In this document: positions 19,138 through 30,627 of the stretch, one piece after another | Layout: each line of letters starts with the position of its first letter | Position numbering within the stretch: the stretch's first letter is position 1 | Assembly (NCBI GenBank): GCA_965205485.1 | Contig: OZ242180.1 | Span: 1,888,001 to 1,952,000 of the forward strand | Source: Candidatus Latescibacterota bacterium | GTDB taxonomy: Bacteria > Latescibacterota > UBA2968 > GCA-2709665 | DNA: 64,000 nt | Direction: 5' to 3' | Program-made: the position numbers and the translations under genes | The notes under the pieces: generated by a model | Told to the model about the DNA's origin: nothing | What the model saw: the letters and a program-made list of their open reading frames with translations, nothing else | Databases searched by the model: none

Positions 19138-22100
19138 ATGAGGCTGCGGAGGTTTTCAGGACCGGGTCTGGCGTTACTACTGGTTGTCGGCAATGCCGGC
19201 GTCGCGCGCGCGCAAGACGTCGCGGAGCCGCAGGGAATCATGATTCGCGTGGACAGGCCCGCCGACGGCGCGTGGGCCGGCATCGGAGGCAGGATCGAGA
19301 TTCGCGTCCTGGCCTACGACGGTATCCTCGACGAGGGTTTCCGCGTGTCCGTCGCGGATGCAAGCGTCCGCGACGAGGACGTCGGCGTCACCAACGGCGG
19401 CGCCGTCGCGCGAGGTTTCGTCTATTACAATATATATATACCCGGTCCGGTCAACCTGCCGCCCGGTGTCGCATTCGGCGACAGCGGGTCGTCGGGCATC
19501 GACACGTTCCGCGTATCCATAACCGTCTCGCCGCAGGCTGAGCTGTTTCAATCCGAAGACGGCCGCTCGGCCAAAGTCGTGGTCGACCTGGACGCGGGCG
19601 TCGACGGCGGCGAGTTGAACAACCTGATGACGAAGTGGAAGATCACCCCGGCTTCCACGGGCTTCGGGGCCGGCAGGGTTGGCGACGGGGTCCGGTTCGG
19701 CATCGATGCCAATCGCCCGGTCCACGCCGACGCGTTCGATTCCTTCTCCGTCGAAACGGACGCCCTGAATCCCGATACCACGCAGGCGGGCCTGATCACG
19801 CGCGTCCGGTTCAGTATCGGAGACGAGATTGCCGTCAGGATCGGTCTGAACACGGCCGGCATTCTGCGTGCAGGAGCAAGCCGCATCCTGGCGGGCGTTG
19901 TGGAGACGGACTCCGCCTTTTCCACGGCGCCGGTTTCCTTCGAGTTCTGGGGAGACAGGCTGTATCGCGCGGAACTCCGGGGCTCGAAGCGGATCGAGGA
20001 GGGCGATTTCACCGATAACCGGCGGGTGCGGGTGGAAGCCTACCTCGTCGATGCCGCCGGAAACCTGGGCGGCGCCTCGATGGATGCCCAGACGGCGTCT
20101 CCCGTCAGCGCCGGCCACGGACTCCCTCTCGTTTTCGATCCCGATGGCGTGGAGTGGATCGCGGACGGGTCCCCGCCCCGGATTGCGATCGTCCACCCCC
20201 ATCCTGACAGCCTGGAAGACCGGATCTCGGCGGCCGTCACGCAGACGCTGCCGGACCTCAAGCGCCTGCCGTGGGAGACCGCCGGCGTCCGGGCCGGCCG
20301 CTGGCTGAACCCCCTCGAGTTCAGGCTCAGCGAAGTTCCGGACTCCATCCGGATCACCCACGGCGACAGCGCGTACGGCGTCGGCAGCGGCGCTGAGGAT
20401 AACCCCGGCACGTTCGACGTGGACGAAGATATGGCCCCCACCGGGAGCGATTCCACGGCCCGGCTCGGTCTCCCGTGGAAATACGACGTTGCGGGCGGCG
20501 TGCGGAACAACCTGAAGATCCAGGTCTGGGACAGCCTGGGAAACACGTCCTCGGTAACCCTGCCTGGCATCTGGTACGACGAGAAGGCGCCGGTGATCGG
20601 CAATCTGTTCCCCTCCGAAGCCGCCGCGCCCAAAGACCCGGAGAACCTGGACGAGCCCACCATCAACCTGGCCAGCAAGGACCCGGTCTTCGCCATCGAC
20701 GAGGAATTGGACTCCCTGTCCGTCCGTTACCTGGAGACCGGCGGCGCCACGGCCGTCGTGCAGAGCTTCGGCCCGGGAAACCACCGGCTGGAGATCATCG
20801 GCGAACTGGTGAACTGGCCGGTGGACAACACGGGTTTCTTCGACCGGAACCGGTACGAACTGCAGATCCTGGCGGTCGACCTCGCCGGCAACGCCAGCGT
20901 GACCGGCGGCGGCACGTTCATGTTCTCCCGTGGCTTCCTGAATCCCAATGCGGACGCGTTCAGGCTTGCCGCCCTGGCGGATCGGGCCGTCGTCGTCGCG
21001 GGCCGGGACTATCCGATCCGGATCACCGTACTGGACACGATGCTCACCCGGATCGAGGGCGCGGACGTTCTGGCCGCAACGTATCACGCGCCGTCCGTGC
21101 TGGCCGTGGTGGTCCCCGGTGACCAGTCCGCCGCGCTCGAAGGCGTAAGCTTCGGCGGGCAGGGCGTCAGCCCGGCGCCCTCCTTCCCCCTTCCCGCGGA
21201 CCTGGCTGCCGCGGGTCGGGTCGCCCGGGCCGCTATCATGGACGGCCAGGGGTGGCACGCGGGCCGGCGGGACGTCGCGGTGAGGTCCGCCCGCCCGATC
21301 GCCGGCGCCATGGTGATGGCGGCCGAGTACGCGATCGACCCCGCCACCGGCGCACAAACCCTCCGCATCAGCGGCCGGCTGGACGCGGCGCTGGACGTGG
21401 AGGTCGCCGAGTTCTCCAGTTTCGCGGTCACGGCCCGGGAGGGTGACGTGCCGGCCGTCGCCGTCGACGGCGCCTTTACGGTCAACGTGCTGCCCGCCGA
21501 CGCATTCGGCAACGCGAGCATGAAAATCGACAACACCGTCGGATCCGAGACGTACGGGTCGGTGGCGGTCCGCTTCAGTTCCAGCCACGCCGCGGTGAAA
21601 CTGCCCTCGGGCGTGCAGACGGTCCCGGCCGGCGGCGCGGATTTCGGCGCGATGGCTGCCGATATGGCCGGCAGCGCGACCATCGCCGTGCGCACGGTAA
21701 ACCGGGACTTCGTCACCGGGTCGGGCGCCGACGCCGTGACGGGCGCGCTCACGGGGAGCGTGACAGTGGGGTTCGCGCCGGAGGGCCGGTCCGTCTCCGC
21801 TCCCGGCGCGCCCGCCTCCATCGCGGTTGAAGATTGGCGAGGCCCGGACGGCCAGGGCGACCAGGGCGGCTGGGTGCTGATCAGCTTCCCTGAAGCGGCG
21901 CGGCGCGAAGGCGTGATTCGCTATCGGATCGAGCGGGAGATCGAGACGACCCTCGAGGGGTACGATGAGGAAGGCAACGAAATCCACGGCGAAACGCCCG
22001 TGAAGCAGTGGCTGCACTGGGCGAGCATCGGACCGGGCGCGGACCGTGGCGGCGAGTCGGACGGAGGCGTGCGGCGCGCCGTGATCCCCGCGCTGGACAA

Positions 22101-23025
22101 CGCGGCCACCCGCTGGGGCGTCAGGTCCGTGGTGAGCGACGGCGGGTCCCCTGCGGCCGTGGCCGGCAAGCGCGTCTTTACCAGGGAGCGCATACGCCAA
22201 ACGCTGCGGCTGCTCGGCATCTCGCCCGTACCGGTCCTGACCGACGAGGAACGGATGGCTCGGATCAACGCGCCGGAGGACTTCGTCCGGTCCGTCATCG
22301 GCGATCGGAAGGACCTGGTCTTCGCGCCCGCCAGTCCCGGCGCGGGCGCGCCGTGGGCCAGCGCTTCCGTACCCGACAACATCCGGACCGCGACCGGAGG
22401 CGGCCTGCGGGTCTCCGCCCGCACGGTCACGGAAGGGCCGGTTGGCGCCGTGGACAACGTCGCCCCGGCCGCGGTTACCGGCGTCACGGCCCGGCGCACG
22501 GGCGCGCTGCGGTGGACGGCTTCCGCCGATGACCGGATCGTGGACTTTATTCCGTTTCGCGGCTACACCATTCCGGTTCCGGGCGTGAAGGGCTACAGGG
22601 TGATGCGCGGCCCGTCTGCCGGCGACCTCGAGCAGATCGCCGCGCTGCCCCCTGGATCCACGCAGTTCACGGACGAAGATCTGCCCGACGGCGCGACGTC
22701 CCTGGTCTACCGGATCGACGCGTATGACGACAACAACGTGACGCCGGGTCAGTTGGTCCCCGTGGACGACCTCTCGGTACGCGCGAGGTTCCTCGACGCC
22801 GCCGGCGATCCGGTCTACCTGATCGTGCTGCCGTCCCAGGGAGGCAGCCCGGCGTTCGACTTCGAGGACCTGATCGCCTTCGCGGCAGCGTTCGGGACGC
22901 GGATGGGCGATGTGAATTACAACCCGCAAGCTGACGTGAACGACGACGGGGCCGTGGACTTTTCAGACTTCGTCACCGCGTCGTCCTCGTTCGGCCGCAC
23001 GGCGGTCGAGCCTGCGGGCGATTGA
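19138..23025 (+). CDS. Large secreted multi-Ig/FnIII-like surface protein with C-terminal dockerin-like (duplicated EF-hand) domain
   Basis: GGAGG RBS and signal peptide ending ARA-Q; beta-rich repeats ending AVDLAGN/WDSLGN; C-terminal DVNDDGAVDFSDF; collinear paralog of 25558-30518. Confidence 0.75.
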   Translation: MRLRRFSGPGLALLLVVGNAGVARAQDVAEPQGIMIRVDRPADGAWAGIGGRIEIRVLAYDGILDEGFRVSVADASVRDEDVGVTNGGAVARGFVYYNIYIPGPVNLPPGVAFGDSGSSGIDTFRVSITVSPQAELFQSEDGRSAKVVVDLDAGVDGGELNNLMTKWKITPASTGFGAGRVGDGVRFGIDANRPVHADAFDSFSVETDALNPDTTQAGLITRVRFSIGDEIAVRIGLNTAGILRAGASRILAGVVETDSAFSTAPVSFEFWGDRLYRAELRGSKRIEEGDFTDNRRVRVEAYLVDAAGNLGGASMDAQTASPVSAGHGLPLVFDPDGVEWIADGSPPRIAIVHPHPDSLEDRISAAVTQTLPDLKRLPWETAGVRAGRWLNPLEFRLSEVPDSIRITHGDSAYGVGSGAEDNPGTFDVDEDMAPTGSDSTARLGLPWKYDVAGGVRNNLKIQVWDSLGNTSSVTLPGIWYDEKAPVIGNLFPSEAAAPKDPENLDEPTINLASKDPVFAIDEELDSLSVRYLETGGATAVVQSFGPGNHRLEIIGELVNWPVDNTGFFDRNRYELQILAVDLAGNASVTGGGTFMFSRGFLNPNADAFRLAALADRAVVVAGRDYPIRITVLDTMLTRIEGADVLAATYHAPSVLAVVVPGDQSAALEGVSFGGQGVSPAPSFPLPADLAAAGRVARAAIMDGQGWHAGRRDVAVRSARPIAGAMVMAAEYAIDPATGAQTLRISGRLDAALDVEVAEFSSFAVTAREGDVPAVAVDGAFTVNVLPADAFGNASMKIDNTVGSETYGSVAVRFSSSHAAVKLPSGVQTVPAGGADFGAMAADMAGSATIAVRTVNRDFVTGSGADAVTGALTGSVTVGFAPEGRSVSAPGAPASIAVEDWRGPDGQGDQGGWVLISFPEAARREGVIRYRIEREIETTLEGYDEEGNEIHGETPVKQWLHWASIGPGADRGGESDGGVRRAVIPALDNAATRWGVRSVVSDGGSPAAVAGKRVFTRERIRQTLRLLGISPVPVLTDEERMARINAPEDFVRSVIGDRKDLVFAPASPGAGAPWASASVPDNIRTATGGGLRVSARTVTEGPVGAVDNVAPAAVTGVTARRTGALRWTASADDRIVDFIPFRGYTIPVPGVKGYRVMRGPSAGDLEQIAALPPGSTQFTDEDLPDGATSLVYRIDAYDDNNVTPGQLVPVDDLSVRARFLDAAGDPVYLIVLPSQGGSPAFDFEDLIAFAAAFGTRMGDVNYNPQADVNDDGAVDFSDFVTASSSFGRTAVEPAGD

Positions 23026-23046
23026 CGTAGCCCGAACTTCCCCCGG

Positions 23047-23310
23047 GAGCGAGGGCATCCTGCCCTAAAAGGCTGATTCGCGAGGCTCCGGCGCCGTCAC
23101 CTATACCATTCCCGGGAGCGAGCGCATCGAGGTAGCCAGGAATGCCAATCCCTGGAGCGAGGGCATCCCTGCCCTCGACGGCGAATCCGCGCGGCCGTGG
23201 CGCCGTAGTTCCAGATGTGGTATCCGATGAAAGGAAAGCAATTGCCCCTTGATGTGGAAACGCGTCGTTTACTCGAAGTTCGAGGGCAGGATGCCCTCGC
23301 TCCGGATATT
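23047..23310. repeat. REP units and REPIN-like doublet (23155-23302)
   Basis: GAGCGAGGGCATCC..GCCCTC and an inverted copy ~105 nt apart. Confidence 0.85.
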
Positions 23311-23493
23311 TGAGAGGCACGTCGAGGCTTCTTTGTCCCCCCGGTCCCTTCTGCGTCTTTTGTGCTTCTTGTGGCCGATTCGACTGTTGTCTATTTTCGA
23401 ATTGAGGTTAATGACTTCATTCGCGCCATTCGTAGTTGTGGTGTTGCCTCAATGCATTTTTTCACGTAAATTCGTAGTTAAGGTGTCGCCTGG

Positions 23494-23937
23494 ATGGACG
23501 AGAGAGAATCTGTATGGAGCGTAACGGACAGGAGCATATTTTCGTTACTGTTCGTGGCATTCTTCATCGGTGGCGGATTTCTGCGATTTTACGGCGGCAA
23601 TGATTTTCAGTTGAATTTCACCATCGTGGCGGACGTGGGGGCTATCGGGCTTTTTGCGGTAACGTGTTCATTCCTCTTATTGGAGGTGAGAGACGTTATG
23701 CTTGGCGTACACGAAGCGGTTAAGCAGTGGAATCTCAAACGGGGACTTCAACGGGGCCGCGAAGAAGGCCGTGTAGAGGGCCGGCAGGAAGGTCGTGAAG
23801 AAGGTCTGGCGGAAGGTCGGAAAGAGCGTGACGAAATGGTCCGAATGTTCCGTAAGTGGTTTTCCGAGGAGAAGGCCAAGGGAAGCGAGGGATTCAGCGA
23901 GCCGCCGCCGTTCCTCAGTAACGGAAATGCGGATTGA
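23494..23937 (+). CDS. Small membrane protein with two TM helices and an EGREEG-repeat C-terminus
   Basis: Two hydrophobic segments followed by RGREEGRVEGRQEGREEGLAEGRKE; paralog at 34104-34643. Confidence 0.7.
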   Translation: MDERESVWSVTDRSIFSLLFVAFFIGGGFLRFYGGNDFQLNFTIVADVGAIGLFAVTCSFLLLEVRDVMLGVHEAVKQWNLKRGLQRGREEGRVEGRQEGREEGLAEGRKERDEMVRMFRKWFSEEKAKGSEGFSEPPPFLSNGNAD

Positions 23938-24348
23938 AGTGACTCGCTTTTGCCTTTCCTTCTTCCTTCTTCCTCTTCCTTCTTCCTTTTTCGCTCTTCC
24001 TTCTTCCCTTCTTTCCCTCCGCGTCTCCGTGTGAGCCGGCCTTCCACCCTCTTTCCTTTGCCTTTGATCTTGCTTCTGCCTTTCGCTCTTGCTTTTCTCC
24101 CCCGTTCCTTTAGGAGAGAGGGCCGGGGAGAGAGGTCTGCGGGGCCGGTGGACGGGTCGCCTTTGATTCTGCCTTTCGCCTTTCCTTCTTCCTTCTTCGT
24201 TCTTCCTTCTTCCTTTCTCCTGCTTTTTCCCTTGATTTTCCCCGGCCCTTCGCCATATATTCTTGTTTAGTAAGCGCATTTGCCGAAAATGCCTCCCCCT
24301 GCGGCGCAAAGCCCCTCCCCTCCCTGCGCCGGGAAGGAAGCGCATCCC

Positions 24349-24906
24349 ATGGTCGAAATGAACGTGGTCGGCGTGGCGGTGGAACCCAACACCAACCGGC
24401 CGCTGGTCTGGCTGAAGGACAGGGAGCAGCAGATCTTCCTCCCCATCTCCATCGGCAACTTCGAAGCCACGGCCATCTACATGGCTTTGTACGATGAAGA
24501 GCCGCCCCGGCCGCCCACCTGCGAATTGCTCCGGTCCATACTGGAAGGAATGGGCGTCAAGGTCACGCGGGTGCTCATCAACGCGATCAGGGAAGACGTC
24601 TTCTTCGCCGAGGTCAGCCTGAATGCGGACGGCAAGACCATCGGCGTGGACTCCAGGCCCAGCGACGCGCTCGCCCTGGCCCTCCGCACGGGCGCCCCGG
24701 TTTTCGTGGAAGAGCGGGTGATCCAGGAGGCCGGGCTGCCCATCAATTCCTCTCTGGATATCGAGGTCGAGGGGGTTGAGGGCGGAATTTCCGACAGGTT
24801 GACGGCCCTCAGGGCGGAGCTTCGCGAAGCCGTGGCGCGTGAACAGTACGAAGAGGCGGCCAGCCTGCGCGACGAAATCCAGCGCCTCGAACATCAGATG
24901 CGCTGA
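24349..24906 (+). CDS. Bifunctional nuclease family (DUF151) protein with C-terminal UVR domain
   Basis: LPISIGNFEATAI, RPPT, DSRPSDALALALR, EQYEEAASLRDEI. Confidence 0.9.
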   Translation: MVEMNVVGVAVEPNTNRPLVWLKDREQQIFLPISIGNFEATAIYMALYDEEPPRPPTCELLRSILEGMGVKVTRVLINAIREDVFFAEVSLNADGKTIGVDSRPSDALALALRTGAPVFVEERVIQEAGLPINSSLDIEVEGVEGGISDRLTALRAELREAVAREQYEEAASLRDEIQRLEHQMR

Positions 24907-25099
24907 AACACGGGTATTGTGGTAAGTGAATGGAACAGGCCCTTTATATTGTGGTTACGAGGCCCGCCGTTATCGCCTTTTGAGCCTTTAATCCCGCTAA
25001 TCCGGGTCGGTTTTTGCCTTTAATCCTGTTAATCCTGTTTGCCTTTAATCCTGTTAATCACAGTCGCTTTTTAATCCTGAAAATCCTGCTAAAAAACAC

Positions 25100-25128
25100 T
25101 TGACAGCCTGTTTAGTGTTGCGTATACT
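25100..25128 (+). promoter_or_regulatory. Near-consensus sigma70 promoter for the scaffold gene
   Basis: TTGACA-N17-TATACT with A-rich upstream sequence. Confidence 0.75.
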
Positions 25129-25557
25129 TAGGAACCTGTTTGCCGCATAATGTGCGTGTAAACAGCGAAATCGGCCGAATTCACGGCTGTTTTCACCGAC
25201 TATTGGAAGCGGGTTGTTGAAACCTCAAAACACAATCAATATGAGTCAACTGTGCTATCTCTTGAAGGCGGGAGACGAGGGGGTGGCTTTCGTGCATTTA
25301 AAAGGAGGTGTAACGGGGCGGAATGTCTACAAGGGTTCAACCTATATCCATAGTCAAGTTAAAGTGTTGCAGGCAAGGAATTTGTGAATTTTCCAACCGA
25401 AGGGAGGAACGCCATTACCGCTAAATTCCACAACTCTTCCGATTACCGGCACCCCCCACCCAGGGGATTTCCGGTGTTCAAGAAGTGGCTTCACAACGCA
25501 GCAAGGGAGGTTTACCGCAGGTTTTACGAAGCGTCCTGTTTCACAAGGAGGTTGGTA

Positions 25558-28500
25558 ATGCAGTTAAAAACGGTTTCAAGCATTGGTTTGGCGTTTCTGC
25601 TGGTTTTCGGAGTGGTTGGCGTGGCCTCGGCCCAGTTGAGGTGGCCGCCACGCAGGGTGTTTTCATTCGCGTCGACAAACCGGCCGCCAACAAGTGGGCC
25701 GCGATCGGCGACACGATTGAGTTCGGATCCTGTGCTATGACGGCGTCTCGACGACGGCTTCCGGTTTCGGTGGTCGACTCTCCAGCTCGCTGACGCCGAC
25801 GGCGACGGCGACACGTTATACTTTCACGATCGGTGACACTGCCGACCCAAACGGATGTTTTTACAACGCGGATGAACGCGAAATCGCTGGCATCACACGA
25901 ACCCCGCGGGTGATATTACGGTTACGAAGGGGTTGGGCTCTGGTGTCGATACGTTCACGGTTCAATTACCGTGGAACAGGATGACGCGATCGAGAGCGAC
26001 AGCAACCACGCGTTGAAGGTTGTCGTGGACCGGATGCCACCAACAATCCGGGTGGCGCGCTGAACAACCTGATGACCGAACAAGAAGATCACGCCCGCCA
26101 CGGCCGGCTTCGGCGCCAGCCGCGTGGGTGACGGAAGCTGTTCGGCATCGACAGCGTTCGCCCGCTTCATGAAAATGTGTTTACGGAAATCGATCTGGAC
26201 CTGAACAGGTTGGAACCGTCCTGGTCGATACGTCGGCCTCCGGGCTCACCGGCACCGGCCAGCAACCCTACGTCCGGGAGATCCAGATTACAACCGACCA
26301 GGTGTTCAGAGCGGTGCTGAATCTGAATACCGCGATTCCTGAGCGCCAGGGCGGACAGGATCGAAGTCGGTCTCGTTCCCGCCGACTCGATTGCGCGCTA
26401 TGATGCCGAAACAACGGCCGACCCTCCTGGCCTTGGTTTGGAACTGGAACCGGCGAGGGCGAAAGCTTTCGAGGAGGACGCGCGGGTAAAGGTCACGCTC
26501 CGCGGGGACAGGCTGTACAGCCCGAATCCGAGCGTTGAGGATAAGATTGACGCGGGGCAGTTCAAGGATAACGAGCGGCTTGAGCTCTTCGCCTATCTCG
26601 TGGACGTCGCCGGTAACGTCGGCGGTACGTGCCACAGGGCCCTCCGCTGCCAATTGGAGAACCCTCCACGGCGGTGCCGACTCGCTCCTGGCTGATATAG
26701 CAACTCTGACAGCTGTGGCCGCGGCTGGAGCCAACACAAATGTACCGATTATCGGCGACGCGACCGCGCCCAAGATTACGATCAATATCCCAATCCGGAC
26801 AGTATTGCGGCCGGATCGGAGAATCATAAACCTCTGATCACCGCGGCGATCACGCAGTCGCTTGACGGCATTTATACGCAGTTGCCGGGTGAGCCCGCGG
26901 TACAGACCAACCGTCGGCTGAGACCGCTTGAGTTCAAGCTCAGCGAAGGGGTGAGCAAGATCACGATCAAACACGCCGACAGTACGCTGACGCTCAATCC
27001 CATCCCTGACGATCCCGCTACAACGGGCGACGACGAATCCGCGGACCCCACGGGCGGCGACGGCGTGGCCACGGTGGACTTCCTCAACGATACCCCCGAT
27101 ACGGCCCCATGGTGGACGGTAACTGAGGAAACCGGCGCCGTGGCGGGTATCGATAAAGGGAAGTACGAAGCCAAGGGTGGAACTGCCGGGGATATCATCA
27201 TCACCGCCTGGGACAGCCTGGGCAACAAGACCGAGTACAAGGGCCTGACGGGCATCACGCTCGACGGAAACACCCCGGGGATCACCAATCTGTTCCCCTC
27301 GGACGAAGCGGCGCCCAAGGACGCGGACAACGAGGACGCGCCCACCATAGACCCGGTCACCAAGAACCCGGCCTTCATCATCAACGAAGAGCTGGACTCG
27401 CTGTCCATTCGTTATCATGAGTCGGGCGGCGGAGCGACCATCGTGCAGGCCTACGGGCCGGGCAACGCCAGGCTGGAGACGGTGGGCAGTCTGGTCTCCT
27501 GGCCGGTGAACGATACCACCTTCATCGATCGCCAGAGGTACGAGTCTGGAGGTGCTGGCGATCGACCTCGCGGGCAACGCCAGCGTGACGAAGGGCGGTA
27601 CGCTCACGTTCAAGGATATGTTTACGAATCCGGACGCCGATATGTTCAAGATTGCGGCGACGCCGGACGAGAAGCAGGTTGCCGGCGTGGACGTCTCGCT
27701 GGCGATGACGGTCCTCGATACAACGCTGACGCGTGTCGAAAAGGAAAAGGATAGCGCCGCCGGCGACGTTCTGGCGGTAACCTATCACACGCCGTCGGCG
27801 GTGGCCGTGCTCGTTTCCGGCGATCAGGCCGAAGCGCTCGAAGGCGTGACGTTCAGCGGCACCGGCGTATCTCCGGCGCCCTCGTTCGCGATTCCCGCCG
27901 ACCTGGCCGCGCTGGGCATGGTGGCGAAGGCCGCCATTCTGGACGGCGACGGCTGGCACGCGGGACAGCGGACCGTCAAGTTCAAGTCCACGAAGCCGCT
28001 GACCGGAATTACCGTGATGGCGGCGGAAGGCTCGCATCGATCCCGGCACCGGCGCCTACACGCTGCGTATCAACGGTCAGGCCGCCAAGGCGATCAACAT
28101 CGAGGTCGCGGAATTCTCGAAGTTCAACGTAACGGCGATCGAGGGTGAGATCTCGACGGACAACGTGGCCGGGTCCTTTTCGGTCCACGTGGCGCCCGCC
28201 GACGCCTTCGGCAACCCCAGTCTGAAGATTGAGAATGCTGCGGGTGCGAAGGTGTATACGTCGGTAGCCTTCACCTTCGCTTCCAGTAACGCCGCCGTAT
28301 CGGTGCCCTCCGGCCAGCAGATGGTGACCAGCACGGACGGGGCCACGTACGGCGCGCTGGCCAGCGACGCCAGCGGCAGCGCGACGATCAGCGTCAGGAG
28401 TGTTGAAACCTATACGACCGGCGCTGCACAGGGTACCGATGACGACAAGACGGCGCCGTCACCGGTGCCGTGACCGTCAACATCGTATCCACTGACGGAG

Positions 28501-30518
28501 ACGGCCCGGATCCGGGCGCGCCTGCTGCGCCAGCCAATATCGTGGTGCAGGACTACAAGGGCGCGGACGGTGAAGGCGACCAGGGCGGCGTTGTCGTGAT
28601 CAGCTTCCCGAATTCGTCGCAGCACGACGCCGTGTCCGCCTACCAGATCTCCAGGGAGATCGACTCCACCACGGGCGTTGACGATGAAGGCAACGTGGTT
28701 GAGCTCGAAGAGCCCGTGAAGAAGTGGGTGGCCTGGACCAGCGTCAGCTTCTCGGCCGACGCCGGCGACGATATGGGCGACGCGGAAGGCGACATGCAGA
28801 CCGTGGTCGTTCCTGCCATCGACAACGTGGCCACGAACTGGGGCGTTACGGCGGTGACCGCCGCCGGTGAATCCGACATGACCACGGCCAGCAAGCGCGT
28901 GTTCACGAAGGAGAGCATCCGGCAGACGCTGCAGTTGCTGGGTATGCCCGAGGCGGAGCTTCTGACGGACGAGGAGCTGAGCAATCAGTTCAACGCGCCT
29001 GAAGACTACGTCAAGTCGCTGATCGGCGACCAGAAGAACGTCATCTTCGCGCCGGTGAATCCCGACGTGAGCGCGCTGGTGGGCAATGCGGCGGTTCCGG
29101 CGAACATCCGGACGGGCCACGCGGGCAGTTTCCTTTCGTCCGCCCGCACGGTCACGGAGGAGCCGGTGGCAGCCGTTGACGACATCGCTCCCGCCGCGGT
29201 TACCGATGCCAGTGGTACAGGCGCCGGCGGTGTGATTCTGACCTGGACGGCTTCGGCCAGCGAGGGCATTGTCGACTACATTCCGTATCGTAGCGACCCC
29301 AACGGTGATGGCAAATACATGATTCCAATCATGGGTGTGAAGGGCTACACGGTGATGCGAGGCGCGTCTGCCGACGCACTTGAGTCGGCTGGCACCCTGG
29401 CTCCCGGATCCACCCGGTTCACCGACGACAACCTGCCTGACGGCGCCACCTCGCTGGTCTATCGCATCGACGCGTTCGACGACAATAACGTGGCGATGAG
29501 CGACCTGATCACGGTCGAGAACATTTCGGTCCGTGTGAGCTTCGTGGACGCCAACGGCGATCCCGTCTACCTGATGGTGCTGCCGGCGCAAGGCGGTAAC
29601 CTCGAGGTCGACTTTGAAGACATCCTCGCCTTCGGTGCAGCCTTCGGCAGCAAGAAGGGCGATGCCAACTACAACCCGCAGGCCGACGTGAACGACGACG
29701 GCAGCGTGGACTTTGCGGACCTGGCCACGGCGGCAGCGACATTCGGCAAGACGGCCGTGCTGCCTTCCGGAAGCAAGCTGGCGGTGGTCCCGCAGCGTCC
29801 TGGCGTGAACGCCGATACGGAGATGACGCTCGAGTTGACCGGCGACAAGGTGCTGGTTGGCGAGACGATCACGTTGACGGTGTCCATGGCCAACGCCAAA
29901 GCGTTGAACGGCTACGGTCTGGAACTGGTGTATGACGCTGACAAGTTCGAATTCGTGAGCGCCGTACCCGCTGAGAACGATCTGCTGAAGTCCGATGGTG
30001 GTGAGACGCCGCTGTTCAAGAACTGGCCTGAAGAGGGTCGGGTCTCGGTGGTGAACCTCATTACCGAGTCGGGAACGGTGAGCGGCGAGGGCGCCCTGGT
30101 GACCTTCACGTTCAAGGTTCTGAGAGAGTTCGAGGACAACGCCCGCTTCGAGATCGCACAGGGCGTGGTGTTCGACGGGAATCAGCTGCAGAACCCGGTG
30201 GTGACGCTTGGCGCGCTGGACGTGCAGAGCACACCCACGGAGTTCGCGCTGCATCAGAACTATCCGAACCCGTTCAACCCGCAAACCAACATTCCGTATG
30301 ACCTGGCTGAAGGCGGCGACGTGGTCCTCCGGATCTACAACCTGCTGGGTCAGGAAGTTCGGACGCTGGTGCGCGAGCGCCAGGCGCCCGGACGGTATAC
30401 GGTGCAGTGGAGCGGTATGGACGACCGCGGAGTATCGGTTTCGAGTGGAATTTACTTCTATCAGGTCTCGGTTGCCGGTAAGTTCCAGGATGCCAAGCGG
30501 TTGATGTTGCTCAAGTAG
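25558..30518 (+). CDS. Very large secreted scaffold: Ig/FnIII-like repeats + dockerin-like + cohesin + T9SS type-A (FlgD-Ig) tail; 5' part broken by many 1-bp frameshifts
   Basis: AAGGAGG RBS and signal peptide MQLKT..ASAQ; ORF fragments collinear with 19138-23025; intact 28470-30518 carries DVNDDGSVDFAD, a cohesin-like GETITLTVSM..GYGLELVYDADKFEFV..GALVTFTFKVL segment and QNYPNPFNP..GIYFY..MLLK. Confidence 0.75.
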
Positions 30519-30527
30519 TCAGGAAGG

Positions 30528-30560
30528 GTATGGGAGGTCTTTCGGGGCCTCCCATACTTT
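30528..30560 (+). terminator. Rho-independent terminator/stabilising hairpin
   Basis: GTATGGGAGGTCT-TTCG-GGGCCTCCCATAC followed by a T-rich tail. Confidence 0.75.
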
Positions 30561-30627
30561 AATTTTTCCTTCTGGAGCGAGCACTCGATTCTGGAGCGAA
30601 TCACACACACCGACAAGGAGAGACGAG

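Noticed and set aside
19177..22929. Long antisense ORFs (1250 aa here; also 11552-13669, 28410-30284, 57928-59559, 60606-62579)
   Set aside because: Shadow frames of high-GC genes whose sense strand has clear motifs
25140..25167. dif-like sequence (CGCATAATGT) near the polarity switch
   Set aside because: Only the XerC-like half resembles dif; no TTATGTTAAAT XerD arm
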